Counted from the stretch's first letter, positions 51,453 through 62,804 are shown. The stretch is DNA of 64,000 nucleotides from Raja brachyura (GCA_963514005.1 OY740805.1:38936001-39000000); one strand, 5' to 3'. Made by a program: numbers and translations. The notes: generated by a model from the letters alone, not told the origin.

Positions 51453-52248
51453 AGAAACATAGAACATAGAAAAATAGGTGCAGGAGTAGGCCATTCGGCC
51501 CTTCGAGCCTGCACCGCCATTCAATGTGATCATGGCTGATCATCTAACTCAGTATCCCATACCTGCCTTCTCTCCATACCCCCCCGATCCCTTTAGCCAC
51601 AAGTGCCACATATAACTCCCTGTTAAATATAGCCAATGAACTGGCCTCAACTACCTTCTGTGGCAGAGAATTCCAGAGACTCACCACTCTCTGTGTAAGG
51701 AATGTTTTCCTCATTTCGGTCCTAAAGGAATTCCCCCATTTATCCTTAGACTGTGACCCCTTGTTCTGGACTCGCCCAACATCGGGAACAATCTTCCAGC
51801 ATCTAGCTTGTCCAACCCCTTAAGAATTTTGTAAGTTTTTATAAGATCCCCCCTCAATCTCCTAAATTCCAGCGAGTACAAGCCAAGTCTATCCAGTCTT
51901 TCCTCATATGAAGGTCCTGACATCCCAGGAATCAGTCTGGTGAATCTTCTCTGTACCCCCTCTATGGCAAGAATGTCTTCCCTCAGATTAGGAGACCAAA
52001 ACTGTACGCAATACTCCAGGTGTGGCCTCACCAAGACCCTGTACAACTGCAGTAGAACCTCCCTGCTCCTATACTCAAATCCTTTTGCTATGAATGCTAA
52101 CATACCATTGGCTTTCTTCACTGCCTGCTGCACCTGCATGCCTACTTTCAATGACTGGTGTACCATGACACCCAGGTCACGTTGCATCTCCCCTTTTCCT
52201 AATCTGCCACCATTCAGATAATAGTCTACGCTCATGTTTTTGCCACCA
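51453..52248 (-). mobile_element. 5'-truncated CR1 with 7-bp target-site duplication
   Basis: CTAGTTT at 51446-51452 and 52249-52255; interrupts the second MITE copy. Confidence 0.9.
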
Positions 52249-52519
52249 CTAGTTTGATCGCGCTCATCGTATGGAGTCGGATGCTGGTAGGACAGGACCT
52301 TTAGACTCTGAACCACAAATCTTTGGAGGGATATGGGTCAACGGGAGCAAGTTGGACTAACTATAATATGGCATCTTGGTCGGCACGGGCCAGTTGGGAC
52401 GAGAAGCCTGTTTCCATGTTGTATGATTCTAAGGATCTAATTATTGAAGGGTATTAAGTTAATAGGGAGAGGGCAATTGGGTTGGGCTCAGAGAGCCAGC
52501 ACAAGCAGGAGGCCGATTA

Positions 52520-54770
52520 GGACAAGGGGAGATGCAGCGAGACCTGGGTGTCATGGTACACCAGTCATTGAAAGTAGGCATGCAGGTGCAGCAGGCAGTG
52601 AAGAAAGCCAATGGTATGTTAGCTTTCATAGCAAAAGGATTTGAGTATAGGAGCAGGGAGGTTCTACTTCAGTTGTACAGGGTCTTGGTGAGACCACACC
52701 TGGAGTATTGCGTACAGTTTTGGCCTGTTGGCCTTCATAACAAGAGGAGTTGAGTACAGGAGCAAAGAGGTCCTTCTGCAGTTGTACAGGGCCCTAGTGA
52801 GACCACACCTGGAGTATTGTGTGCAGTTTTGGTCCCCTAATTAACCATATAACCATATAACAATTACAGCACGGAAACAGGCCCTCTCGGCCCTTCCAGT
52901 CCGTGCCGACCATTTATTTTCCCCTAGTCCCATCTACCTGCACTCAGACCATACCCCTCCATTCCCTTCCCGTCCATATACCTATCCACTTTACTTTTAA
53001 ATGTTAAAATCGATCCTGCCTCCACCACTTCTGCAGGAAGATCATTCCACACAGCCACCACTCTCTGAGTAAAGAAGTTCCCCCTCATGTTACCCCTAAA
53101 CTTCCGTCCCTTCATTTTCATGTCATGCCCTCTTGTTTGAATCTTCCCTACCCTCAATGGGAAAAGCTTATCAACGTCAACTCTGTCTATCCCTTTCATC
53201 ATTTTAAAGATCTCAATCAAGTCCCCCCTTAACCTTCTGCGCTCCAAAGAATAAAGACCTAACTTGTTCAACCTTTCTCTGTAACTTAGTTGCTGGAACC
53301 CAGGCAACATTCTAGTAAATCTCCTCTGTACTCTCTCTATTTTGTTGACATCCTTCCTATAATTAGGCGACCAAAATTGTACACCATACTCCAGAATTGG
53401 TCTCACCAATGCCTTGTACAATTTTAACATTACTTCCCTACTCCTATATTCAATGCTCTGATTTATAAAGGCCAGCACACCAAAAGCTTTCTTTACCACC
53501 CTATCTAAATGCGATTCCACCTTCAGGGAACTATGCACAGTTATTCCTTGATCCTGATTAGAGGAAGGACATTCTTGCTATTGAGGGAGTGCAGCGTAGG
53601 TTTACAAGGTTAATTCCCGGGATGGTGGGACTGTCATATGCTGAGAGAATGGATCGGCTGGGCTTGTATTCGCTGGAGTTTTGAAGGATAAGAGGGGATC
53701 TTATTGAAACATGTTAGATTATTAAGGTTTGGGACACGCTCGAGGCAGTAAACATGTTCCCGATGTTGGGGGAGTCCAGAACCAGGGGCCACACAGTTTA
53801 AGAATAAGGGGTAAGCCATTTAGAACAGAGACGAGGAAACACTTTTTCTCACAGAGAGTGGTGAGTCTGTGGAATGCTCTGCCTCAGAGGGCGGTGGAGG
53901 CCGGTTCTCTGGATGCTTTCAAGAGAGAGCTAGATAGGGCTCTTAAAGATAGCGGAGTCAGGGGATATGGGGAGAGAAGGCAGGAACGGGGTACTGATTG
54001 TGGATGATCAGCCGTGATCACATTGAATGAACAAAGACTGGATAGACTCGGTTTATACTCTCTAGAATTTAAAAGATTGAGAAGAGATCTTATAGAAACT
54101 TACAAAATTCTTAAGGGGTTGGACAGGCTAGATGCAGGAAGATTGTTCCCGATGTTGGGGAGGTCCAGGACAAGGGGTCACAGCTTAAGGATAAGGGGGA
54201 AATCCTTTAAGAGATGAGAAAGACTTTTTTCACGCAGAGAGTGGTGAGTCTCTGGAACTCTCTGCCACAGAGGAATTCCCCCTTATCCTTAGACTGTGAC
54301 CCCTTGTTCTGGACTCGCCCAACATCGGGAACAATCTTCCAGCATCTAGCTTGTCCAACCACTTTTAAATATAGCCAATGAACTGGCCTCAACGACCTTC
54401 TGTGGCAGAGAATTCCAGGGACTCACCACTCTCTGTGTAAAGAATGTTTTCCTCATCTCGGTCCTAAACGAATTCCCCCTTATCCTTAGACTGTGACCCC
54501 TTGTTCTGGACTCCCCCAACATCGGGAACAATCTTCCAGCATCTAGCCTGTCCAACCCCTTAAGAATTTTGCAAGTTTCTATAAGATCCCCCCTCAATCT
54601 TCTAAATTCCAGTGAGTGCAAGCCGAGTCTATCCAGTCTTTCTGAGGCCAGTTCATTGGCTATATTTAAGAGGGAGTTAGATGTGGCCCTTGTGGCTAAG
54701 TGGATCAGAGGGTATGGAGAGAAGGCAGGTACAGGATACTGAGTTGGATGATCAGCCATGATCATATTGA
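52520..54770. mobile_element. Mosaic of CR1 fragments in alternating orientation
   Basis: Several CR1 C-terminal ORFs on both strands (52532+, 52924-, 53729+, 54014+, 54346-). Confidence 0.9.
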
Positions 54771-55130
54771 ATGGCGGTGCAGGCTCGAAGGGCCAAATGG
54801 CCTACTCCTGCACCTAACGTCTATGTTTCTATGTTGTACAAATGGCGGTGCTGGCTCGAAGGGCCGAATGGCCTCCTCCTGCACCTAATTTCTATGTTTC
54901 TATTTTGTACAAATGGCAGTGCAGGCTCGAAGGGCCGAATGGGCTACTCCTGCACCTAACTTCTATGTTTCTATGTTGTACGAATGGCGGTGCTGGCTCG
55001 AAGGGCCGAATGGCCTACTCCTGCACCTAATTTCTACATTTCTCTGTTGTATGAATGGCGGTGCTGGCTCGATGGGCTGAATGGCCTACTCCTGCATCTA
55101 TTGTCTATTGTCTATTGTCTATTCTCTATT
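54770..55130 (+). repeat. 71-bp tandem repeat (~5 units) built from the CR1 terminal sequence
   Basis: AATGGCGGTGC..GAAGGGCCGAATGGCCTACTCCTGCACCTAA..CTATGTT recurring every ~71 bp. Confidence 0.9.
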
Positions 55131-56550
55131 GTACCGCCATTTGCATCAACCCACGCATTGGCGTCGTAAGAACGTTCTCAGCGACTGTTCACGACTCCAA
55201 GCGCAGTCTCAACCCCACGGAGGGGGGGGGGGGTTGGTGTGGGGTCCCGCCAAAAAGGACTATCCAGCTGGTCAGAGCACCGGTGACATTGCCCGATAGA
55301 GAGGAGAGGCACAAGGGCCCCTCTGCCTCACGACCACGCGAGCCATACCTGGATAAATAAGGAACGGTATCACGAAGAACCACATCTTCTGAGTGCCGCC
55401 ACCTGGCTGGAGGAGGTCAGGGGGCTTCCAGGGGTCACGGCGTGCTCAGGGGGACCGTGCGCTCAACCAATTCTCAGAGCCAAGAGGCTTAGATCCAAGA
55501 GGAGGGCAGTTGGTCGAATCCTGTCTTGCTCACTGCGGAGGCTATCTGCTCCTGGCAAGAGTCCAAGGTGCAAAAATAATGGCTCATTTATTAACTAGGA
55601 CACGACACACCAAAAATGTTACTTTTTTTTGCTGCATAAGTCTCAGTCATTCACGTTGACCCACGCCCACTTTAACGTTGCAAAGAAATAGACAGTAGGC
55701 GCAGGATTAGGCCATTCGGCCCTTCGAGCCAGCACCGCCATTCACTGTGATCATGGCTGATCATCCAACTCAGTATCTCCCAACTCAGGGTCGTTTTAGT
55801 CCTTAGGTGATGTGTTGAACTAATTCCTCAACCTGTGGACAAAGGTCGCCCAGTCCAGATGGACAATAGACAACAGGCAACAGGTGCTGGAGGAGGCCAT
55901 TCGGCCCTTCAAGCCAGCACCGCCATTCAATGTGATCATGGCTGATCGTCCCCAATCAGTTCCCCGTTCCTGCCTTCTCCCCATATCCCCTGACTCCGCT
56001 ATCTTTAAGAGCCCTATCTAGCTCTCTCTTGAAAGTGTCCAGAGAACCGGCCTCCACCGCCCACTGAGGCAGAGAATAGTAAGATTGAACGAGAACTTAC
56101 CAGTTCGAAGGTTGATCTTTATTTTATGAGGAGTCGAAGTGAGGGATTTCGTGAAGAGCCCGCCGGCGCGCATGCTCGACATACTTCAAAGTAGCGGCGT
56201 GGAATCACAGAACCAACAATAGAAATGACTTCGCATAGTATGATTGAATTGACTAAGATTACCAGATGAAGGTGATTGAGGGTTGGGCGAGGAGGGCACG
56301 AAATCCCTCACTTCGACTCCTCATGAAATAAAGATCAACCTTCGAACTGGTAAGTTCTCGTTCAATCTTACTATTTCATTTCGGAGTCACGTGAGTGACT
56401 TCGTGAAGACTTCAAAGCTTCTGTGATTACACGCCCTGGACCACGTCCATGCTGACACACCACTACCAGGGATGGATGGGAGGAACAAACTTGCTCAATA
56501 GTTCATACTGCAAAACAAGAGCATATTTATTAATAACAAATCAAAACCCC

Positions 56551-57630
56551 TCATGCGGGGACATCTCCACGTTCTTGACCTGCATTCAGCACGGCTTCTG
56601 CGAACCGTAGAGGAGCAGCAACAGGCTTGTTATAAAAACGCTGGAACACAGCTTCATTCGCCCATCCTGCTGTGGCGAGAATTTGGTCCATGGGCACCTC
56701 CATGACCCTCGCCGCTGACGTCGATGCAGCCCTGGTGGAATGAGACTTGAACACATTAGTGTCGATACCTGACTTACCCAAGACGACTCGAAGCCACCTG
56801 GATATCGTCTGGACTGTCACTCGATGATGAGGTCTCTTATGAGTGACAAGCAGGTATCTCTCCATTCCTCTGATGCATGCCGTCACCTTGACATAGTGGC
56901 GGATATGTGAGGCTAAACATAGCCTAGCATCTGCGGGGTATGCCGGGAACTTCAGCTGCAGCCCTGTGCACCCAGGTCTATGCTGCTTTAGTAGCTCGTC
57001 AATGAAAAAGACTACTTCTGTAGGGGTAGATGTCATTCTGTCGACACGAAGTTTGTGTAGTGTCTGTACCCTCTGAGCTGAAGTCAGCGCTAGTAACATC
57101 ACCAGCTTCATGGTGCGTTGGTCCTGTTGGAGCCCTTCCATGGGAGACCACGTCCTGAGCAGGGTTAATACGTCCCTGACATCCCAGGTGATATTATAGC
57201 GTGGTGTAGGCGGATTCATATTGAATATACCCCGCATGAGTCTGGACACTAGCCTGTTGGATCCTACCCCAATCTTGAGGTAGAATGATAGCGCACTTCT
57301 GGCGCTGTTGATGGCACTGTAACTTAAGTGTTCATCATGGTGCAACCCCGCGTGGAATTCCAGGACGTCGGTTATTGTCACGTCATCGTACGTGATGCGA
57401 GAGCGGCTGCAGTAGGCTTCCCACTCCTTAATATGCGAGCGGTATCTTCGCCTTGTGGACTCTCGACACGACGCCCCGATGGTATCCATGGTCCGAGCCG
57501 AGAGGCCGTATTGGACTAACGGCCTGTTCAGAACCTGCAAGCCAACAAATTTAAATAGCCATGGCAGGGATGTGGCTCCCCTGAGACAGGGTGAGTAACC
57601 AATTGTGGGCAACCCTTCAAAAGGACCCAA
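56551..57630 (-). CDS. DIRS tyrosine recombinase (first ATG at 57489)
   Basis: SAINSARSALS, AQRVQTL (catalytic R), HSTRAAS (HxxR), AGW, FQRFY (catalytic Y). Confidence 0.92.
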   Translation of the reverse strand: MGPFEGLPTIGYSPCLRGATSLPWLFKFVGLQVLNRPLVQYGLSARTMDTIGASCRESTRRRYRSHIKEWEAYCSRSRITYDDVTITDVLEFHAGLHHDEHLSYSAINSARSALSFYLKIGVGSNRLVSRLMRGIFNMNPPTPRYNITWDVRDVLTLLRTWSPMEGLQQDQRTMKLVMLLALTSAQRVQTLHKLRVDRMTSTPTEVVFFIDELLKQHRPGCTGLQLKFPAYPADARLCLASHIRHYVKVTACIRGMERYLLVTHKRPHHRVTVQTISRWLRVVLGKSGIDTNVFKSHSTRAASTSAARVMEVPMDQILATAGWANEAVFQRFYNKPVAAPLRFAEAVLNAGQERGDVPA

Positions 57631-59648
57631 GGTTCGTTGAGCATGTCAAAGACCACCGGATACCAAGGCTGTGTGGGCCAGTCGGGTATAATAAGGATGC
57701 CCTTGGCAGCATCTGCCTGAATCTTTCGCAATACCCGACTGATGAGGCAAAACGGAGGGAAGGCATAGAAAAACCAATTCCCCCAGTCCAGCGAGAATGC
57801 ATCTAGCGCTATTGCCCCAGGATCTGGTTCCCATGAAACGTAGGTTGGTACCTGATGGTTCAACCGTGACGCAAAAAGGTCAATGTCCGGTTTACCTAAT
57901 TTGGCTGTGACTTTAGAAAAAATCTCAGGATGCAACATCCATTCAATGTTGTCATTAAATTTGCGTGACCTGGTGTCCGCCACAGTATTAAGCTCACCTG
58001 GCAAATAGGTAGCTGAAATCCAAATGTCTCTTTGAACACACCAGAGCCAAATTGAGTTAGCCAATTTGTCACACGAAACTGACCTGGTACCACCCATATG
58101 GTTTAAATATGCCACAGCTGTGGTGTTGTCTATTTGGAGACGGACGTGTGCTCCAACAAGCTTGGAACAATATGCACGAAGTCCGTGGAATGCTGCCAGC
58201 AACTCCAAATAGTTAATCCCTTGAGTCAACAACATCGATGCCTCAAGGGTGTCCCATCTACCCCCACAACTAGAGCAATTATCAGTAGCTCCCCAGCCAT
58301 TGGAGCTTGCATCAGTCTGTAAATATACCACCGGATTAGCCTCCCTAACAGGCTTAAATGAGTTGCTAATGTGACACACCCACCATTGCAACTCAGTTAT
58401 CGCTTCGGACGGCAGCTGCATTGATCGATCGTAATGACCAGCGTTCCGTTTTAACGCAATAATTTTAGCTCTTTGCAAATTCTGATAATGCAAAGGTCCA
58501 TATCGTGCTGCCGGAAACAAAGCCACTAGCTTGCCAATTACTGTGGCTGTATGCCGAATCGATGGTATATTGGTGCCAATTAAATCTCTGCACACCTGAG
58601 TGACTTCCTCAATTTTGTTAATTGGTATAGTTATCCTCATGCTCATTGAGTTCACCGTGAACCCTAGGTAATTAATTACCTGGGCAGGGCAGAACTTCGA
58701 TTTCTCTGGATGGACAATGAATCCTAATTGTTGAAATATATTGACAGCAGCTGCAACACCCTGTTCAGCCAATTGCAGGGTGTGGCCCACAATAAAGACA
58801 TCATCTAAATAGGCCATAACTATATGATGTCGTTGTCTCAAATAAGCCATGATTGGCTTCACCAATTTAGTGAACAATCTAGGGGCTGTAGTGAACCCAT
58901 TAGGCAAAGCCTTATACTGCCAAAGTTGCCCCATCCAGATAAATTTCAAAAACCTTCTATCATATTTCTGGATGGATACTGAATAATATGCATCCCTCAA
59001 ATCAATGCATGCCATAAAGCAGCCATGAGAAATCAATGATTTGGCTGTTTCAAACGTATCCATTTTAAAATGAGTATATGTTACAAACGTATTCAAACGG
59101 GTTAGATCAATAATGACACGACAGCCTCCATCCTTCTTAGGTCTAGTAAATATGTTCGAAACAAATTCAATTGGCTCATGCACCGTTTTCTCAATCACAC
59201 CCTTCTGTTCCAGACTTAAAATTTCCTTATAACCTGCTGCCTGTTCTGCAGCAGACAATTTGAACGTACGACCAGGCATGTGCTGGGATGGAGGAATGTC
59301 GCCATTAATAAACTCAATTTTATGCCCCTGAATATTCCGCAACACATACTCATCACCAGTAAAATTACCCCATGCATCCAAAAACAACCGTAAACGCCCA
59401 CCAACATGGGAAGTTAAACAGAGAGAAAAAAGAGAACCAGACCCCCTCACCTCCGTGGTTACCGGCGGTCCTTGACACGTGTGGGTGGCCGTGGAGGTGC
59501 TGGGTTGGCTTGAGGGCGCGGCGTCTTCGATTTCCACAAAGGTCTCTGCCGACCCTGTCCTAAAAAAGACCCTTGGTGCTGGTTCTGGTGCTGTTGTCGT
59601 TGTGGAGCTAGAGGGCGAGTCCTCGTCGAGGTACTGGCAGACCCTCAT
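57528..59648 (-). CDS. DIRS pol: reverse transcriptase + RNase H + methyltransferase-like domain
   Basis: VGGRL, IDLRDAY, YLDD; TDAS, INYLEL, DNTTAV, ADTRSR; DLFAS, YAFPPF. Confidence 0.95.
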   Translation of the reverse strand: MRVCQYLDEDSPSSSTTTTAPEPAPRVFFRTGSAETFVEIEDAAPSSQPSTSTATHTCQGPPVTTEVRGSGSLFSLCLTSHVGGRLRLFLDAWGNFTGDEYVLRNIQGHKIEFINGDIPPSQHMPGRTFKLSAAEQAAGYKEILSLEQKGVIEKTVHEPIEFVSNIFTRPKKDGGCRVIIDLTRLNTFVTYTHFKMDTFETAKSLISHGCFMACIDLRDAYYSVSIQKYDRRFLKFIWMGQLWQYKALPNGFTTAPRLFTKLVKPIMAYLRQRHHIVMAYLDDVFIVGHTLQLAEQGVAAAVNIFQQLGFIVHPEKSKFCPAQVINYLGFTVNSMSMRITIPINKIEEVTQVCRDLIGTNIPSIRHTATVIGKLVALFPAARYGPLHYQNLQRAKIIALKRNAGHYDRSMQLPSEAITELQWWVCHISNSFKPVREANPVVYLQTDASSNGWGATDNCSSCGGRWDTLEASMLLTQGINYLELLAAFHGLRAYCSKLVGAHVRLQIDNTTAVAYLNHMGGTRSVSCDKLANSIWLWCVQRDIWISATYLPGELNTVADTRSRKFNDNIEWMLHPEIFSKVTAKLGKPDIDLFASRLNHQVPTYVSWEPDPGAIALDAFSLDWGNWFFYAFPPFCLISRVLRKIQADAAKGILIIPDWPTQPWYPVVFDMLNEPWVLLKGCPQLVTHPVSGEPHPCHGYLNLLACRF

Positions 59649-61216
59649 GATCGAATGTATGGAGACTTTGAGCCTGACGGTGTGGGGGCACTCTGAGAGC
59701 GCATGATCCCCACCGTTTTGGCTTGTTCCTCAAGCTCTTTGACTCTCTTCGAGAGGTCCTCACCAAAGAGCTGACGGGGCGGCGGCGGCGGCGGTGGTTT
59801 GCACAATCCTGCAAACTTCGGGTTGAGTGCTGGGCGGATGCTGTTTTTGCGAAACCCGTTGATTTCGTGCTGGGTCGCGCACAATAAGGCCAGAGCATCT
59901 TCCTGGTCCAAATTCAGTTCGTCCCCGTCCACCGACCGCGCAAAGGCGGTAATAGCGGCCGTGAGGAGTTTCAGGATCCGCTGCAATTTTAGCTCCTGTT
60001 GACGGATAGCCGCACTGATGTTGCCCCATATTGGCGTATTGACCACAGGCACGTTGAGGGAGTTGCAGTTTGATGGAGCCTTGTGACGGCTCATAGCCTG
60101 GATGAGGACTTCTTCCTGCAGCACCTGATTATTAAGAAAGTCCACTGTGGCTGCCAGCTTTGTATTTAGAGGAAGACCAGCCGTATGTGGGGCCGCGAAT
60201 TTGGTCGCCACATCCAAGAGTTCCTCCGCTGGCACCTCCAACGGAGGTGGTACGGGATCCACCAGAACCTCCTCCTCCTGCTGCTCCAGGCTGATAGTAG
60301 ATGTTGGTGAAGACGCCCTGTGCCTGTTGCTGCCCTGCTGTTGTTGACGTTGAAGCAGGAGCTCCAGCAGCCGCTCCATACGGTCAATACGCCCTTCACC
60401 CTGAACACTCAGGTGGTCGGAGTCCTCCGGCTCTGAAAAGAAAACCGGGCTCCTGTCATCGGCCCGCACCTCATCGAGGCCCTGCCGGTGCCGGTAGTTG
60501 TCGCTAACAGCCGCCGAGGCGAAACTGCGCGATTCCTGCGCGGGCGTGTTCAATCGCCTCCGTTTAGCGAGAGCTGAAGCCGCTGCCACTAAGGGCACTC
60601 GCGGCGAGGTGTCGGCACCAGCCGAAGCATGGCTGCCTGGGGCCCGAGCAGTCTTGCCGGCTGCCCACATCGTGGACGTTGCCGACGCATGGTCTCGCCC
60701 ACCCATCCATGGGGGGCTCGGCGACCGTGACGAGACCCGACTCGACCGACCCGTCCCGGCGTCGAGAGTTGGGGTGTGCCGGCTGGACCTCACAGCCGCC
60801 CCGGGTCTCGCCCTGGAACCTGACCGCTCCTCCGCGACAGGCAATGCCTTAGCCCTAACAGGGTTAGGCTTCTGGGCTCCTGCCCTCCCCCTTCTCGGAG
60901 GGCTGAGTGGAACAGGCCGTGCAACGGCACGCGCCCTGCTCGAGGTCGCCAGCGAGCCCGCTGACAACCTGACTGCCATGGCAGGGTCCCCCTGCTCTGG
61001 CGGCACACCACACTCCTCCTCATCGAACTCCTCCGAGCTGTGGTGTGCTGGCGGATCTGGACCTGTGAACACAGGGCTTACCCACATCTCCGCCTGAGTC
61101 CCGGCCTGCGCTGCAGGTACTGCCGATGGTAAAGGCCCCGGAACTGTTGACCGGCGAACTCGTCCTGACGTCCTCCAGCCCTTCGAACTCCCATCCATGT
61201 CCTTGCTGCAAGACAT
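59645..61216 (-). CDS. DIRS gag-like ORF1
   Basis: Long ORF 5' of pol (first ATG at 61216); low-complexity N-terminal half, then PSNC..VPVVNTPIW and LFGEDLSKRVKEL segments. Confidence 0.8.
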   Translation of the reverse strand: MSCSKDMDGSSKGWRTSGRVRRSTVPGPLPSAVPAAQAGTQAEMWVSPVFTGPDPPAHHSSEEFDEEECGVPPEQGDPAMAVRLSAGSLATSSRARAVARPVPLSPPRRGRAGAQKPNPVRAKALPVAEERSGSRARPGAAVRSSRHTPTLDAGTGRSSRVSSRSPSPPWMGGRDHASATSTMWAAGKTARAPGSHASAGADTSPRVPLVAAASALAKRRRLNTPAQESRSFASAAVSDNYRHRQGLDEVRADDRSPVFFSEPEDSDHLSVQGEGRIDRMERLLELLLQRQQQQGSNRHRASSPTSTISLEQQEEEVLVDPVPPPLEVPAEELLDVATKFAAPHTAGLPLNTKLAATVDFLNNQVLQEEVLIQAMSRHKAPSNCNSLNVPVVNTPIWGNISAAIRQQELKLQRILKLLTAAITAFARSVDGDELNLDQEDALALLCATQHEINGFRKNSIRPALNPKFAGLCKPPPPPPPRQLFGEDLSKRVKELEEQAKTVGIMRSQSAPTPSGSKSPYIRS

Positions 61217-61489
61217 AATCAGACAACAAGGACCACCAACTAAAGGTGGAATACTCACCTCCGTGGCCCCTTATGAAGGGCTGGCGAGGAGCGCGCTCCA
61301 CCGCCAGCCGTCGCAGCAACGCGTTACGATGATATGTCGAGCATGCGCGCCGGCGGGCTCTTCACGAAGTCACTCACGTGACTCCGAAATGAAATTACAC
61401 AGACTCACAACTCTCTGAAGAAAGGTTTTCGGCCCGAAACGTCGCCTATCTCCTTCGCTCCTTAGATGCTGCTGCACCCGCTGAGTTTC

Positions 61490-62765
61490 TCCAGAACAAG
61501 GGGTCACAGTCTAAGGATAAGGGGGAATTCCTTTAGGACCGAGATGAGGAAAACATTCTTTACACAGAGAGTGGTGAATCTCTGGAATTCTCTGCCACAG
61601 AAGGTAGTTGAGGCCAGTTCATTGGCTATATTTAAGAGGGCATTAGATGTGGCACTTATGGCTAAAGGGATCAGGGGGTATGGAGAGAAGGCAGGTACGG
61701 GATACCGAGTTGGATGATCAGCCATGATCACATTGAATGGCGGTGCAGGCTGGAAGGGCCGAATGGCCTCTACTCCTGCACCTATTGTCTATGTTTCTAT
61801 GTTTCCAGCCTTTTGTGTACCCTAGTCTTTTCAATCTCTCCTCATATGACAGTCCCGCCATCCCAGGGATCGATCTCGTGAACGTACGCTGCACTGCCTC
61901 AATCACAAGGATGTCCTTCCTCAAATTAGGAGACCAAAACTGTACACAATACTCCAGATGTGGTCTCACCAGAGCCCTGTACAACTGCAGAAGAACCTCT
62001 TTACTCCTGTACTGAAATCCTCTTGTTATGAAGGCCAACATTCCATTAGCATTCCATGCTCTCGGTCCTGGGCCTCCTCCACGGCCAGAGTGAGCAACAC
62101 CGCAAGTTGGAGAACCTCTTTGCTTCATCTACCAGTCTGCTGTAAATGTTTGGTTCCTGGTTGGTTCTTGGTTACTCGGTGCTCCAAAATATTCCGACTG
62201 GAATTTCTCCAGCCTTTTGTGTACCCTCTCTGCGAGAAAACGTCTTTTCTTGTCTCTGTTCTAAATACTCTTAAACTGTGTGTGTGTGGCCCCTGGTTCT
62301 GGACTCCCCCAAAATCGGGAACATGTTTCTTGCCTCTAGCGTGTCCAAACCCTTAATTATCTTATATGTTTCAATAAGCCCCCCCCTCATCCTTCTAAAC
62401 TCCAGAGTGTACAAGCCCAGCCGCTCCATTCTCTCAGCGTATGACAGTCCCGCCATCCCGGGAATTAACCTGGTGAACCTACGCTGCACTCCCTCAATAG
62501 CAAGAATGTCCTTCCTCTAATCAGGATCAAGGAATAACTGTGCATAGTTCCCTGAAGGTGGAATCGCATGTAGATAGGGTGGTAAAGAAAGCTTTTGGTG
62601 TGCTGGCCTTTGTAAATCAGAGCATTGAATATAGGAGTGGGGAAGTAATGTTAAAATTGTACAAGGCATTGGTGAGACCAATTCTGGAGTAACCTTGTAA
62701 ATCTACGCTGCACTCCCTCAATAGCAAGAATGTTCTTCCTCAAATTAGGGGACCAAAACTGCACC
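61490..62765. mobile_element. CR1 fragment mosaic
   Basis: CR1 C-terminal motifs on both strands. Confidence 0.85.
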
Positions 62766-62804
62766 AAGTGCCAAAGAAAGACACCATATGCTGGAGTGGC
62801 TCAG

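Larger units (their letters stand above)
56075..61395 (-). mobile_element. Full-length DIRS1-type tyrosine-recombinase retrotransposon (5321 bp)
   Basis: 36-bp ITR 56148-56183 / 61333-61368; ICR 56297-56409 complementary to both termini; AAT at both ends; gag, RT/RNaseH/MT and YR ORFs. Confidence 0.95.

Noticed and set aside
55130-55660. GC-rich unique stretch with short ORFs
   Set aside because: No recognisable motif or exon boundaries; probably an unidentified retroelement fragment
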